The notes: a model not told the origin generated them from the letters alone. Counted from the stretch's first letter, positions 1 to 8,219 are shown. The stretch is 17,577 nucleotides of DNA from Bdellovibrionota bacterium (GCA_044356455.1 JBIKWF010000098.1:1-17577); one strand, 5' to 3'. Made by a program: numbers and translations.

Positions 1-49
1 AGCCTCCCCGCGTTGCTCTTCTAAGCAGCATCGGTCAGGCTGAGTACCG

Positions 50-928
50 ATGAAGCTCTACTACTCACCAAAAGTCACGATTACGTGCTCGGTCCTTGTG
101 GCCCTCATGCTTTGGGCCTCTTACTGGCAGTACACCCGCTACCTAGGAAAGCAAGCGTACATAGCGACCATGTCCGAACGTCTTGCCGAACCTGTAGTTG
201 ATCTTGGCGCACTGATGCAAGATCCAGCTACTGACTGGTCGAAGTACTATTATCGCCGGGTTCGAGTCAGTGGGAGTTTTGAGTTCCCCTACGAGATGGC
301 GCTCAGAAACCGGCGCTATAAAGGCCTCTCAGGAGTATTTGCCCTCACACCTCTCAAGGTTTCGGATGCACCAACTCGTGTCTTAGTAAGCCGAGGATTT
401 ATTCCTCTAGCCCATGCCACACGTGAAGACAGGAAACGGTATCAACAGAAGACTGAGATATCCTTTGTCGGTTTAGTAAAAGAAAGCTCTTATCAGAAGT
501 GGCTTGCTCCTAAAGACCCCGCTACTGGCCCAGGAGCTCCCTGGGCCGATGCCTGGCTACGAGTTGATGTGCCCAAAATGAAAGAGCAGCTCCCGTTTCC
601 CCTCCTGCCTATCTATCTCGAGGTCATGGAAACTGAAGATACGAAGGGGGTAGAAGAGCAAATCGTCTCAACAGCCTCAGGTCGAGATGAACTCTTTTTC
701 TTAGGCGGAAGCGATACGCAGCTTTCGGGCGTGCAGAATATCCCTGAGCTTAATTACCCTGTGCCGATTTTTGACACCGTGATTCCAGCCGGGCGTCACT
801 TTGGCTACATCTTTGAGTGGGCGCTGATGGCCCTTGTTACTGCCCTTGCGGGCGTTGTCTTACAACTAAAGCCGCGGAAGGTCAGTGCGAATGGTGCCCT
901 TCGTGCTGCTCAGCCTCAGAGTTCGTAG
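50..928 (+). CDS. SURF1/Shy1 family cytochrome oxidase assembly protein
   Basis: N-terminal TM helix followed by WQxxR (YWQYTRYLGK), then YRRVRVSGSF, ALTPL and VLVSRGFIP, and a C-terminal HFGYIFEW before a second TM helix. This is the SURF1 motif order. Confidence 0.88.
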   Translation: MKLYYSPKVTITCSVLVALMLWASYWQYTRYLGKQAYIATMSERLAEPVVDLGALMQDPATDWSKYYYRRVRVSGSFEFPYEMALRNRRYKGLSGVFALTPLKVSDAPTRVLVSRGFIPLAHATREDRKRYQQKTEISFVGLVKESSYQKWLAPKDPATGPGAPWADAWLRVDVPKMKEQLPFPLLPIYLEVMETEDTKGVEEQIVSTASGRDELFFLGGSDTQLSGVQNIPELNYPVPIFDTVIPAGRHFGYIFEWALMALVTALAGVVLQLKPRKVSANGALRAAQPQSS

Positions 929-1334
929 GGCTCTCGCCTGCTGGGATAGCTGCGTTAGTTTTCTCAATCCGTGTAATGACATCCATGGCTTTGGGCTTCC
1001 AGCGCGACTCGAGAGAGAACGAAACGGCGTCCCCTACTGCTAAACCATCGAGCGAGACACCGTCAGCTATCCAGAAGGGCATTGTCATCGCATGCATGCC
1101 CACTTTTTTCCCGTCGGCATTCACATAATCTGGAATAGGCTCGTGCCGAATGAAGATCTCCTCCCGCGCCGAGGCTGGCAACTGGCGCACAACTCCTTTT
1201 ACCTCATAGCGATAAACCGCGGGATCCTCTGCCTGCACTCGCAAAGGCGCACCAATAAAGGCAAGCGCTCCACATAACATTGAAACTGCGAGCATGCTGC
1301 GCTGGATAGTATAGTGAGCAATTGTCATAAACAT
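882..1334 (-). CDS. CusF-like periplasmic copper-binding protein
   Basis: Signal peptide ending VQA; IRHEPIP...GMHAMTMPF metal motif; GLAVGDAVSF OB-fold strand; His-rich tail QHEGHHSH. Confidence 0.8.
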   Translation of the reverse strand: MFMTIAHYTIQRSMLAVSMLCGALAFIGAPLRVQAEDPAVYRYEVKGVVRQLPASAREEIFIRHEPIPDYVNADGKKVGMHAMTMPFWIADGVSLDGLAVGDAVSFSLESRWKPKAMDVITRIEKTNAAIPAGESPTNSEAEQHEGHHSH

Positions 1335-1395
1335 TCTCTCCCTCTGCTAATAAAGTAGAAGACCGTCTTTGTGGTCTTAGTGGTTGTCTTAATCA

Positions 1396-2076
1396 CTAAG
1401 GCCACAAACGACGTCGTTCCCAAATGTTCCCGCCCGATAGCTCAAAAACTATCCGATCATGAAGCCGGCTTTCACGCCCCTGCCAAAACTCAACGAGCGT
1501 TGGCATAATCAAAAATCCGCCCCAGTTCTCTGGGCAGGGCACCTCTGAATTCTGATATTGTTTTTCAAGCATGGCATATCTCTCTTCGAGTTCCTTTCTC
1601 GACGAGAGCCTCTCACTCTGATGCGAAACAAGAGCGGCAAGCTGGGAACCGCGCGGCCTACTACGAAAGTAAGACTCGGTTTGGCTTCTTTCAATTTTTC
1701 GCACCCGTCCTTGAACACGAACCTGGCGCTCAAGCTCTGGCCAAACGAACGTCGCGGCCACCGCGCTATTCCCCTCAATCTCTCGCGCCTTTCTACTTCC
1801 ATAATTGGTATAGAAGACGAGTCCCTCGGGCGTAAGTTGTTTAAGCAGGACCGCACGTGCCGACGGACTCCCACTACGATCGACCGTTGAAACTACCATG
1901 GCATTGGGCTCAGCGAGTCCGCCCTCGAGAGCTTCTTTAAGCCAGCGCTCCAAAAACGATAAGGGCTCAGTCCCACAGGAATCTTCGTCAAGCACGGCTC
2001 GCGAGTATTCCTTTCGAATCTCCTTTAACCGTTCGTCCAGCGTCGAAGCACCTGAAATGTTATCTCTGTTGACCAC
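1396..2076 (-). CDS. pdxH: Pyridoxamine 5'-phosphate oxidase
   Basis: RKEY, EPNAM, PSARAVLLK, FYTNYGSRKA, ERQVRVQG, YFRSRPRGSQ, PENWGG, EFWQGRESRLHDR and the terminal RRLWP are all canonical PdxH motifs. Confidence 0.97.
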   Translation of the reverse strand: MVNRDNISGASTLDERLKEIRKEYSRAVLDEDSCGTEPLSFLERWLKEALEGGLAEPNAMVVSTVDRSGSPSARAVLLKQLTPEGLVFYTNYGSRKAREIEGNSAVAATFVWPELERQVRVQGRVRKIERSQTESYFRSRPRGSQLAALVSHQSERLSSRKELEERYAMLEKQYQNSEVPCPENWGGFLIMPTLVEFWQGRESRLHDRIVFELSGGNIWERRRLWP

Positions 2077-2105
2077 AATTCTTAAGTATCCGCATATAAA
2101 CCTAG

Positions 2106-2225
2106 GGGACCTCTAAAAAAGTGCACTCTGTGAACTCTGTGTCCTCTGTGGTTGATTTAAATTGTTGAAAAACCACAGAGAACACAGAGAGAAAAAATAA
2201 AGCATCAACGTTCTTCAGAGGTTCC
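2106..2225. mobile_element. MITE-like element, copy 1 (120 bp), with inner REP-like hairpin
   Basis: Ends GGGACCTCTAAA / TTCAGAGGTTCC, flanked by CTAG and TTAG. Inner inverted repeat CTCTGTGTCCTCTGTGGTT (2135-2153) / AACCACAGAGAACACAGAG (2171-2189), 18 of 19 complementary. Confidence 0.65.
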
Positions 2226-3092
2226 TTAGCTTTGCGGCGATTTTTTAAATCCAAACATCAAAAGTACACAGCTGACTACCACCGCAATCACCGCGGCGAT
2301 GTACACCGGCAGCGAGGACACTACCAGCGCTCCAGGCAATCGCACCAACCAAAAGGGGAACCCAAGCTCAGTGGCTGCCCCAGCAGTCGCCTGAGGCAAA
2401 AGCGCGAGCGTCTTGGCGTCATTAAGTAGCGCAATACTAGTCAGTGGCTCATTAATGCCAAGCTTTGAGAGCTCAACAAGCGGCAGCCCTTTAATGCTCG
2501 TTTGCTGGGCCTCAGGCGCGGGAACTCTTAGGAGAACAACAAACTGGGACTCCTCGCCTCTTGCCACGGAGAGAAACTCCCTCGCAGAAACTTGGGCAAG
2601 TCCCGACCATTCAGGAGTTCCCTTCGAAATACCTACCGGAGCCTCAAGTTGATAGAGACGTCCTTCCATCTCTAGTCCCTGAGCCACTTGCAAATCGCTA
2701 TCAGCCGCCTTCTTGAAAATCAGAGTTGCGCCTGCTCCCGAACGAGGAGTGGCCGAAGGCTCTTCATTACGGGAAAGCATTTCGACTCTATGACTTACGG
2801 CATCTTCTGAGAAAATGCCGTAGTACTTGGCCAGCCCAGCAGAACCCTGCCCAGAAGAAGTGCCAGCAGAATTGGCTGCGAAGGTGGCGCGAATTTCAAA
2901 GCGCTGGCCCCCTGCCCCTACGCGCGAAACTCCTTCAAATGCGACAGGAATTTCATTTTGATTTGAGACCGGCAGCCAAAGTTTAAAGGCTGCAAGGTCT
3001 TTGGTGCGAAAAGCACCATTCCACCCGCCAAGAAGAAGGCAGCTAATAAGTAAGGTCAAGGGCAAAAAAATACGGCGCATGAGAAAGCTCAT
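2226..3092 (-). CDS. Hypothetical exported protein with C-terminal membrane anchor (alternative start ATG at 3080)
   Basis: 288-aa ORF; signal-like N-terminus MRRIFLPLTLLISCLLLGG; hydrophobic C-terminal helix followed by FKK. No family recognised. Confidence 0.75.
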   Translation of the reverse strand: MSFLMRRIFLPLTLLISCLLLGGWNGAFRTKDLAAFKLWLPVSNQNEIPVAFEGVSRVGAGGQRFEIRATFAANSAGTSSGQGSAGLAKYYGIFSEDAVSHRVEMLSRNEEPSATPRSGAGATLIFKKAADSDLQVAQGLEMEGRLYQLEAPVGISKGTPEWSGLAQVSAREFLSVARGEESQFVVLLRVPAPEAQQTSIKGLPLVELSKLGINEPLTSIALLNDAKTLALLPQATAGAATELGFPFWLVRLPGALVVSSLPVYIAAVIAVVVSCVLLMFGFKKSPQS

Positions 3093-3101
3093 GCGCCGTA
3101 T
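3064..3101 (-). terminator. Intrinsic terminator-like hairpin overlapping the start of 2226..3092
   Basis: Perfect 14-bp inverted repeat ATACGGCGCATGAG (3070-3083) / CTCATGCGCCGTAT (3088-3101) with a 4-nt loop, followed on the minus strand by a T run (A at 3064-3070). Confidence 0.6.
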
Positions 3102-3140
3102 ACTTGCAACTCCGCTTGGAAACGCAAGAGGGGGAAGGCC

Positions 3141-3782
3141 TTAGGCGGCCTTCTTATCTTGCCGGGAGGTCTCTTGTCCTATACGCCCTGCCACACCAGC
3201 TTCAGCGCCGAGCTGCCCAAACTTTCCGTCTGCAATCTCTAAACTAGAGTGAGTCTTCTGGAGCTCATTGACCAACTTCGCTCTCCTATCAGCCGACTTC
3301 GCCCAGTCCATGTAACTAACGCCAGGAGGAGGCGTAATTGCGCTAAGGTCAGAAATCATAGAGCTAACCCCGGCTGCAGTTGCCTTGAGATTCGCTTGAG
3401 CAGTTTCTGATTCAGGTCCAATTTTGGCAAGCACGCCGCTTGCCTCTTTGTCCATTCCTGTCTGGGTGCGAGTTTCGATGGTAGTAGTTACTGAGCTACG
3501 CACGGCAGCGCCTTGAGCAGCATCCGCACCTTTTTCAGCCTGCGCGCCTTCGGTGCGCTGCGACACTACGATAGTCTGCCCGTTTTTCCGCTCAAGCATC
3601 CGGCGTGCCTGTTCCATCATTTCCTCAAGCTCGCTCTCGCGCCGCTCGGCAATACCGGCCTGGGAATGCGCGCGATCTCCGCCCCGCTTGCTCATTCTTT
3701 CTAGCGTCGTTTCTTCTTGCTTATTTTCTTGCTTATTTTTTTCTACTGTCTGCTGCGTTGACATTGATGTACTCGCGCTCAT
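3141..3782 (-). CDS. Hypothetical hydrophilic protein (E/Q/K/R-rich, probably coiled-coil or disordered)
   Basis: 213-aa ATG-started ORF co-oriented with its neighbours; no family motif recognised. Confidence 0.7.
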   Translation of the reverse strand: MSASTSMSTQQTVEKNKQENKQEETTLERMSKRGGDRAHSQAGIAERRESELEEMMEQARRMLERKNGQTIVVSQRTEGAQAEKGADAAQGAAVRSSVTTTIETRTQTGMDKEASGVLAKIGPESETAQANLKATAAGVSSMISDLSAITPPPGVSYMDWAKSADRRAKLVNELQKTHSSLEIADGKFGQLGAEAGVAGRIGQETSRQDKKAA

Positions 3783-4257
3783 ATTAGCCCACCCCCATAC
3801 TCGGTAACTCGTACCAGAGGGTTATGCTGAGAGGGGCTCATGGCGTGCCTCCGCTTTGCCAACCAGTTGAATCTCCCTGTTTTTCCCCTAAACTCACTAG
3901 CGGCGAAACTTAGTTGCCCCAATGAGCCTGAACCGGAGAAAGGCGTGCGGACGGCGCGTGCATGGGGAGGCGCTAGGAGCCAGTTCCCCGGCTGATGAGA
4001 ATAACGCTGAAGGTAACAGGCTAATAAAAGTAAAGAATCACGGTAGGCCCTTCGACTTTTCCCTCCTTAAAGGTAGAGGCAACGCTCTTCGGCTCAAGAT
4101 GCTCATGAGCGCAGCCTCGGCCCGAGAGGCTTAGTAAACGTGCGGAGCTGTTTCGTATGCTAAGGAACTTTGATTCTAAGCATACCGCTTAAGAAGGGCC
4201 CAGCTCGAGCGATTGGTGCCGTAGTATGTTTTAAGTCAGCACATAAAGTTGATTTCC

Positions 4258-5505
4258 ATGACCAAGCAAGAGCCCCTAGAAACGCCCCCGCCTTTTGGAA
4301 AAGAGGCGCAGCAAGCAGAAGTGCAAAGTCTTGAGCCCCTTCGAGAGGGGCTAAGGCGCAGCCTTATCCGCATAGATGCGCACAGAAAGATCTCTGAGCT
4401 TCTCGATGGCATTCCTAGCGCCATGCTCTCCGCAAAAGAGACTCTAAAAGTCGGAAATCCCGCGACTCCGCTTCTCGAGTTCCTGCGCTCCTATGTGCCC
4501 ATCGAAGAACGCTTACACGCCGGGGCAGCGTTAGAAGAAGGTCAAGAAAACCATGGGAAGCTAGAGCTCCTTGCTGAGCACGCCGCGCATGACTCCCTTC
4601 TCGACTACGTGCGCACCAAGAAATTTTGCTCAGCTCTTATCTCCCATTTACAAGAACTAGAGCGTCTTCACCCAACCGGAGAGATTCGAGTAGTAGACGC
4701 CGGCTGCGGTCCAATTCCAATTCTTTCTATCGTAGCTGCGCTCCACTCGCCGCGAATAAAGGTAACGGCGATTGAGTCAAACCATAGTTCTCACCTCATC
4801 GCTCAGGAGTTTTTTGACACGCTGGGAATTGCAGACCAAATCGAACTTCGAAGGGATGATGCCACAAGAACAAGCCTGCCCGGTCAAGTCCACCTCCTTG
4901 TCTCTGAAACCCTCAATACGGGATTTATCTCTGAAGCTTTTGTTTACATCATGAAACATCTTGTTCCTCAGCTTCCTCCCGAGGCCCGTACCATCCCTAT
5001 GCGAATTGAACTTCAGGGAGCGATAACGGGAGAGAAGCCCGAGAATCAGCATCGAGTCGAAATGCGCTATTTCCCAAACCCTATGAACACAGGTTTCTTG
5101 AGTTACCCAGACCTTGATTTCCAAACATTTCATGCCTGGACTCCGCACACTCCTCAAGAACTCGAACTTAGGTGTGCAAACAAAATCCCGTGGAGTGACA
5201 TCGAGTCGGGTAAGGCAGCGGGCTATGTGGTGCGGACCCACATGACCCTCTTCTCTCCGAGCAGAGAAGTTGACGATAAACAACAGTTCGCACCGCCCCC
5301 TGGCACTGAGTCTATTGCTCTTGAGCCCGACGAGTCTCTCATCACACGCACTGAGCACTTAGCATGGTTCTCAGAGAGTGTGCGTATGCTAAGGAAATTT
5401 AATCCCAAATATGAAAGCGCCGAATCCTATCTCGTTTCAGCCAACTGGCGACCTGGAGACGGTACGTCGGGGCTTAGTCTTTCCATCTCCCCTGAGGCTC
5501 TTTAG
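4258..5505 (+). CDS. Class I SAM-dependent methyltransferase, PRMT-like (ORF open from TTG at 4249)
   Basis: Motif I VVDAGCGP, post-I VTAIE, LLVSETLNTGFISE (two Glu spaced as in the PRMT double-E loop), preceded by LLDYVRT. Confidence 0.8.
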   Translation: MTKQEPLETPPPFGKEAQQAEVQSLEPLREGLRRSLIRIDAHRKISELLDGIPSAMLSAKETLKVGNPATPLLEFLRSYVPIEERLHAGAALEEGQENHGKLELLAEHAAHDSLLDYVRTKKFCSALISHLQELERLHPTGEIRVVDAGCGPIPILSIVAALHSPRIKVTAIESNHSSHLIAQEFFDTLGIADQIELRRDDATRTSLPGQVHLLVSETLNTGFISEAFVYIMKHLVPQLPPEARTIPMRIELQGAITGEKPENQHRVEMRYFPNPMNTGFLSYPDLDFQTFHAWTPHTPQELELRCANKIPWSDIESGKAAGYVVRTHMTLFSPSREVDDKQQFAPPPGTESIALEPDESLITRTEHLAWFSESVRMLRKFNPKYESAESYLVSANWRPGDGTSGLSLSISPEAL

Positions 5506-5546
5506 CTGCTCGCCTGGAATTTTTTCCCACGCAAGAAGGTTACCAG

Positions 5547-5668
5547 GGAACCTCTGCCCCTCTTAACACACCTCTGTGTACCGCCGGGTCCTCTGTGGTG
5601 AATTTATTGACGAAAATTTCACCACAGGGGGCACGGAGGTACACAGAGGTGAGTTCCTTGGAGATTCC
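5547..5668. mobile_element. MITE-like element, copy 2 (~122 bp), with 34-bp inner hairpin
   Basis: Left end GGAACCTCTG; degenerate right end GGAGATTCC. Arms 5569-5602 and 5618-5651 are complementary at 30 of 34 positions and built from CTCTGTG/CACAGAG units. Confidence 0.6.
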
Positions 5669-5762
5669 AAGAGAAGCACTTGCAAGAAAGACCCCTAGCA
5701 TGGCGGAGCCATGCACCCTGTGCTACACGCCTAAGAGTACCCTCATATCAAGGTATATACCT

Positions 5763-6305
5763 ATGAAGCTAAGTTCCTTCGCCATTCTAAGCTCTCTGAT
5801 TGGACTATTTTGTCTTGTCTCCTTACCACTCGCCCATGGAGCAGATCTAAAAGTAGGTGACGCGGCTCCCTTGTTTACCCTCAAGAATCAAGAGGGCGCT
5901 GATTTCTCTCTCGCCGATCGTAAGGACAAAGGCTGGACCGTGCTCTTCTTTTATCCAAAAGCGGGCACTCCGGGATGCACGAAGGAGGTATGCGCGTTTC
6001 GCGATGCGCTCGATAAGATTAAGGCTTTGAATGCTGAAGTCTTCGGCATAAGCGCGGACACCGTTGAAGAACAAAAGAATTTTCACCGCGAGCACGCACT
6101 TAGATTCGATCTGCTCGCAGATTCTGAGATGAACGTAATTCGAAGCTACAATGCCAAGATGCCGATTCTGAGCATGGCAAAGCGCTGGACTTTTATAATT
6201 GACCCTGACCTCAAGATCAGGTCCTTTGAACCCGACGTCGATCCGATGCTCGACGCCGCGCGCGTAGAAAAGGAGCTGCGAGAACTACAAGGAGCTGCTC
6301 GATAA
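5763..6305 (+). CDS. bcp: Peroxiredoxin, BCP/PrxQ family, with signal peptide
   Basis: LKVGDAAPLF, LFFYPKAGTPGCTKEVCAFRD (PxxxTxxC...C), GISAD, LLAD, RWTFIID. The ATG at 5763 starts a signal peptide ending AHGA. The ORF extension to 5595 runs through a repeat element. Confidence 0.92.
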   Translation: MKLSSFAILSSLIGLFCLVSLPLAHGADLKVGDAAPLFTLKNQEGADFSLADRKDKGWTVLFFYPKAGTPGCTKEVCAFRDALDKIKALNAEVFGISADTVEEQKNFHREHALRFDLLADSEMNVIRSYNAKMPILSMAKRWTFIIDPDLKIRSFEPDVDPMLDAARVEKELRELQGAAR

Positions 6306-6380
6306 TTTTTTTCGGTGCAGGCCGACTTTGCGGTATGAATAAAGTGGGTAGCACGAAAGAAGGAAAAGGCAGGTATCTAA

Positions 6381-6502
6381 GGATACCTCTGAAATACATA
6401 CCTCGGTGAATCTCTGCGCCCTCTGTGGTGAAATTTTCATCAAGGAACTCACCACAGAGGTACACAGAGGTGTATTATGAATGGAGGTTTTTCAGAGGTT
6501 CC
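6381..6502. mobile_element. MITE-like element, copy 3 (122 bp), with CTAA target-site duplication
   Basis: CTAA|GGATACCTCTGAAA ... TTTCAGAGGTTCC|CTAA; inner arms CCTCTGTGGTGA / TCACCACAGAGG with further CTCTG/CAGAG units. Confidence 0.7.
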
Positions 6503-6629
6503 CTAACTTACCCCTGTGCCCGGGCAACCGCAGTTTCTCATAGAAATTTCAGAGACTTATTTGACTTGCCCCTACGCATCGTCACAAGCGGGGTTGAGTA
6601 GGGCGCACACTCAGCATAGCGTGCTTCGC

Positions 6630-7634
6630 ATGACTCAAACGGGCGCAAAAATACTACATGGCCTGACGCGCACGAGCTCCGACTTGCTCCTCCAGGGCCA
6701 GCTATCGCGAAGTTTGTTGCCCGGAAGCATTGGCGCACTCGCGGCGCTGCCAACAGAGTCTGTGCCGAGCCATTCGCCTCGGCCTTTTTGTTCGAAGTCT
6801 GGGGTACATCAAGGATCCCTCGTATTCGAGGAATTTATCCCGAAGCATCAGCGAAAATCGCTCGCGGCAATTACCCATGGGCGCCTGGGAGGCGTTAAGG
6901 TCGGCCTCTATACACAGGGGAGCCTCTTGTATGCACGAATTGGTCATGAGCAAGCTCTTGTCTCAGGCTGTGCTAATCGCTTCGATTACGAGCGCGGCCC
7001 GCTTAGATTTATCGCCACATCAGCGCAGGGCTCGTTATTCGGATGTTTTGTTCTTAATGATGGGCACAACTTATACACCCACCTCGCATTTGCGGTCTCG
7101 CGGGATAAACAAGGTCAACTCTATGGAGAGGATCGTACGGGAGACTTTGAAACAAAGCGTTGGGTCTTTGGTGCCTTTGGGGTGTGGACTCCTAATGTCC
7201 TCTGGCCAGTCACGAAAGGCACTTTCAACCAGGAGCAGCAGAGGTATTTTACCTTTCGCGAGGCATCAGCGCTCTATGGTTGTAGGACGGAAAACATCCC
7301 GGCTCAAGCTTGCACGGATTCGCATACGATCGAGCTGTTGCGAGTTGTAAAATCGACCTGCGCTGCGGGCTACCCGGAAGAGGCGCTCGTCATCCGGATT
7401 GCGAACGCCAACATTGGAGTACCTGTCCAAAACACCTTTCTCGCGGGCTGGGTTGGAACGCAGTCTGTGTACATTGGACGCGAGGGTGATCATTTAGCTG
7501 TGGCCCTCTATACCTCTCAGGGCGTGGGGAAGCCATCGCAACAAACTTCAGCAGTCTTTGACATAACAGCCGCGTTGCCGCAGCATGCACCTCTTGCTGA
7601 TCTGAGAGCTCCGGCGCTTCCCGTGCTTGATTGA
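6630..7634 (+). CDS. Hypothetical protein (ORF open from GTG at 6516; first ATG at 6630)
   Basis: Long ORF (334 aa from the ATG) filling the gap between MITE copy 3 and yciH; no recognised domain; start uncertain. Confidence 0.6.
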   Translation: MTQTGAKILHGLTRTSSDLLLQGQLSRSLLPGSIGALAALPTESVPSHSPRPFCSKSGVHQGSLVFEEFIPKHQRKSLAAITHGRLGGVKVGLYTQGSLLYARIGHEQALVSGCANRFDYERGPLRFIATSAQGSLFGCFVLNDGHNLYTHLAFAVSRDKQGQLYGEDRTGDFETKRWVFGAFGVWTPNVLWPVTKGTFNQEQQRYFTFREASALYGCRTENIPAQACTDSHTIELLRVVKSTCAAGYPEEALVIRIANANIGVPVQNTFLAGWVGTQSVYIGREGDHLAVALYTSQGVGKPSQQTSAVFDITAALPQHAPLADLRAPALPVLD

Positions 7635-7736
7635 TTCTCCACACCCTGATGGGGTGTAAGTAAAAATACGCCGCGGCCATCACGATTTCGGGCAATCGGG
7701 ATGGACCAGCATTTCTATTGGTACATATAAGGAATA

Positions 7737-8105
7737 TTACTTCCTGGAATAGCCCTGAATCAGCGCCGCAATTTGCTCAATCCACTCTCCTTGGATCTCA
7801 ATTACGCCCTGCCCTCCTTCAACGTAGAAGGTTCCTCCCGAGCCAATAGATTTTTTAAGGTGGGCGCACAGCTGCTTAAGAAAAGTCTCGTGAGGAGGGA
7901 GCTTTGACGCCACCGTAACCGTCTTGCCGCCCCTCCCTTTTCGCTCGATCCTGAGCGCCGGCTTTAAAGGACCGACTACAACATGCTTCGGGCAGATACA
8001 CTCAACTTGGTGGCAGCCTGCGCAGCGCTTAGGGGGAGCAGGGTCCGTAGAGTAAACCAGTGCATATGCCTCCCCTGAGCTATCTTTATTCTTGCGCGAT
8101 TTCAT
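7737..8105 (-). CDS. yciH: Translation initiation factor SUI1/eIF1-like protein YciH
   Basis: LVYSTD, CxxC...CxC, ERKGRGGKTVT, LKKSIGSGGT, IEIQG. The ATG at 8105 is preceded by the purine-rich AAGGATAGGT. Confidence 0.9.
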   Translation of the reverse strand: MKSRKNKDSSGEAYALVYSTDPAPPKRCAGCHQVECICPKHVVVGPLKPALRIERKGRGGKTVTVASKLPPHETFLKQLCAHLKKSIGSGGTFYVEGGQGVIEIQGEWIEQIAALIQGYSRK

Positions 8106-8154
8106 ATACCTATCCTTACAAGCGGCTTTTGTGCTGGCTTGGCTTTCGGCTTTG

Positions 8155-8219
8155 GTGCCACCCACTTTTGTTGCATGGGCAGGAAACATTAACGTCAGAA
8201 ATCCGATTACTCCAGCAGG
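8155..8219. repeat. 65-bp intergenic repeat, copy 1 (copy 2 at 15741-15804)
   Basis: GTGCCACCCACTTTT...GGAAACATTAACGTCAGAAATCC.ATTACTCCAG.AGG; 60 of 65 identical to copy 2 by manual alignment. Confidence 0.9.

Noticed and set aside
3790..3900. Minus-strand leader of 3141..3782 containing GGCAAA...GTTACCGA, reminiscent of a c-di-GMP-I riboswitch
   Set aside because: No GNRA-capped P2 stem or GACGCAAAGC core could be built. An Infernal search with RF01051 would settle it.
3985..4030. CTGATGA, a hammerhead ribozyme core motif
   Set aside because: No stem II followed by GAAA, and no matching cleavage-site arms found.
3922..4134. 70-aa plus-strand ORF, or a tmRNA/6S/RNase P gene, in the 3783-4257 gap
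   Set aside because: No protein motif or clear RBS; no tRNA-like ends or RNase P conserved regions visible.
5595..5762. 56-aa N-terminal extension of bcp in the ORF track
   Set aside because: It starts inside the MITE hairpin, whereas the ATG at 5763 gives a clean signal peptide.
2126..6470. CTCTGTG repeats as a CRISPR array
   Set aside because: The units are inverted, kilobases apart and lack unique regular spacers; no cas genes in the window.
8106..8189. 28-aa N-terminal extension of yciH
   Set aside because: It overlaps the 65-bp non-coding repeat, and an RBS-like sequence sits right before ATG 8105.
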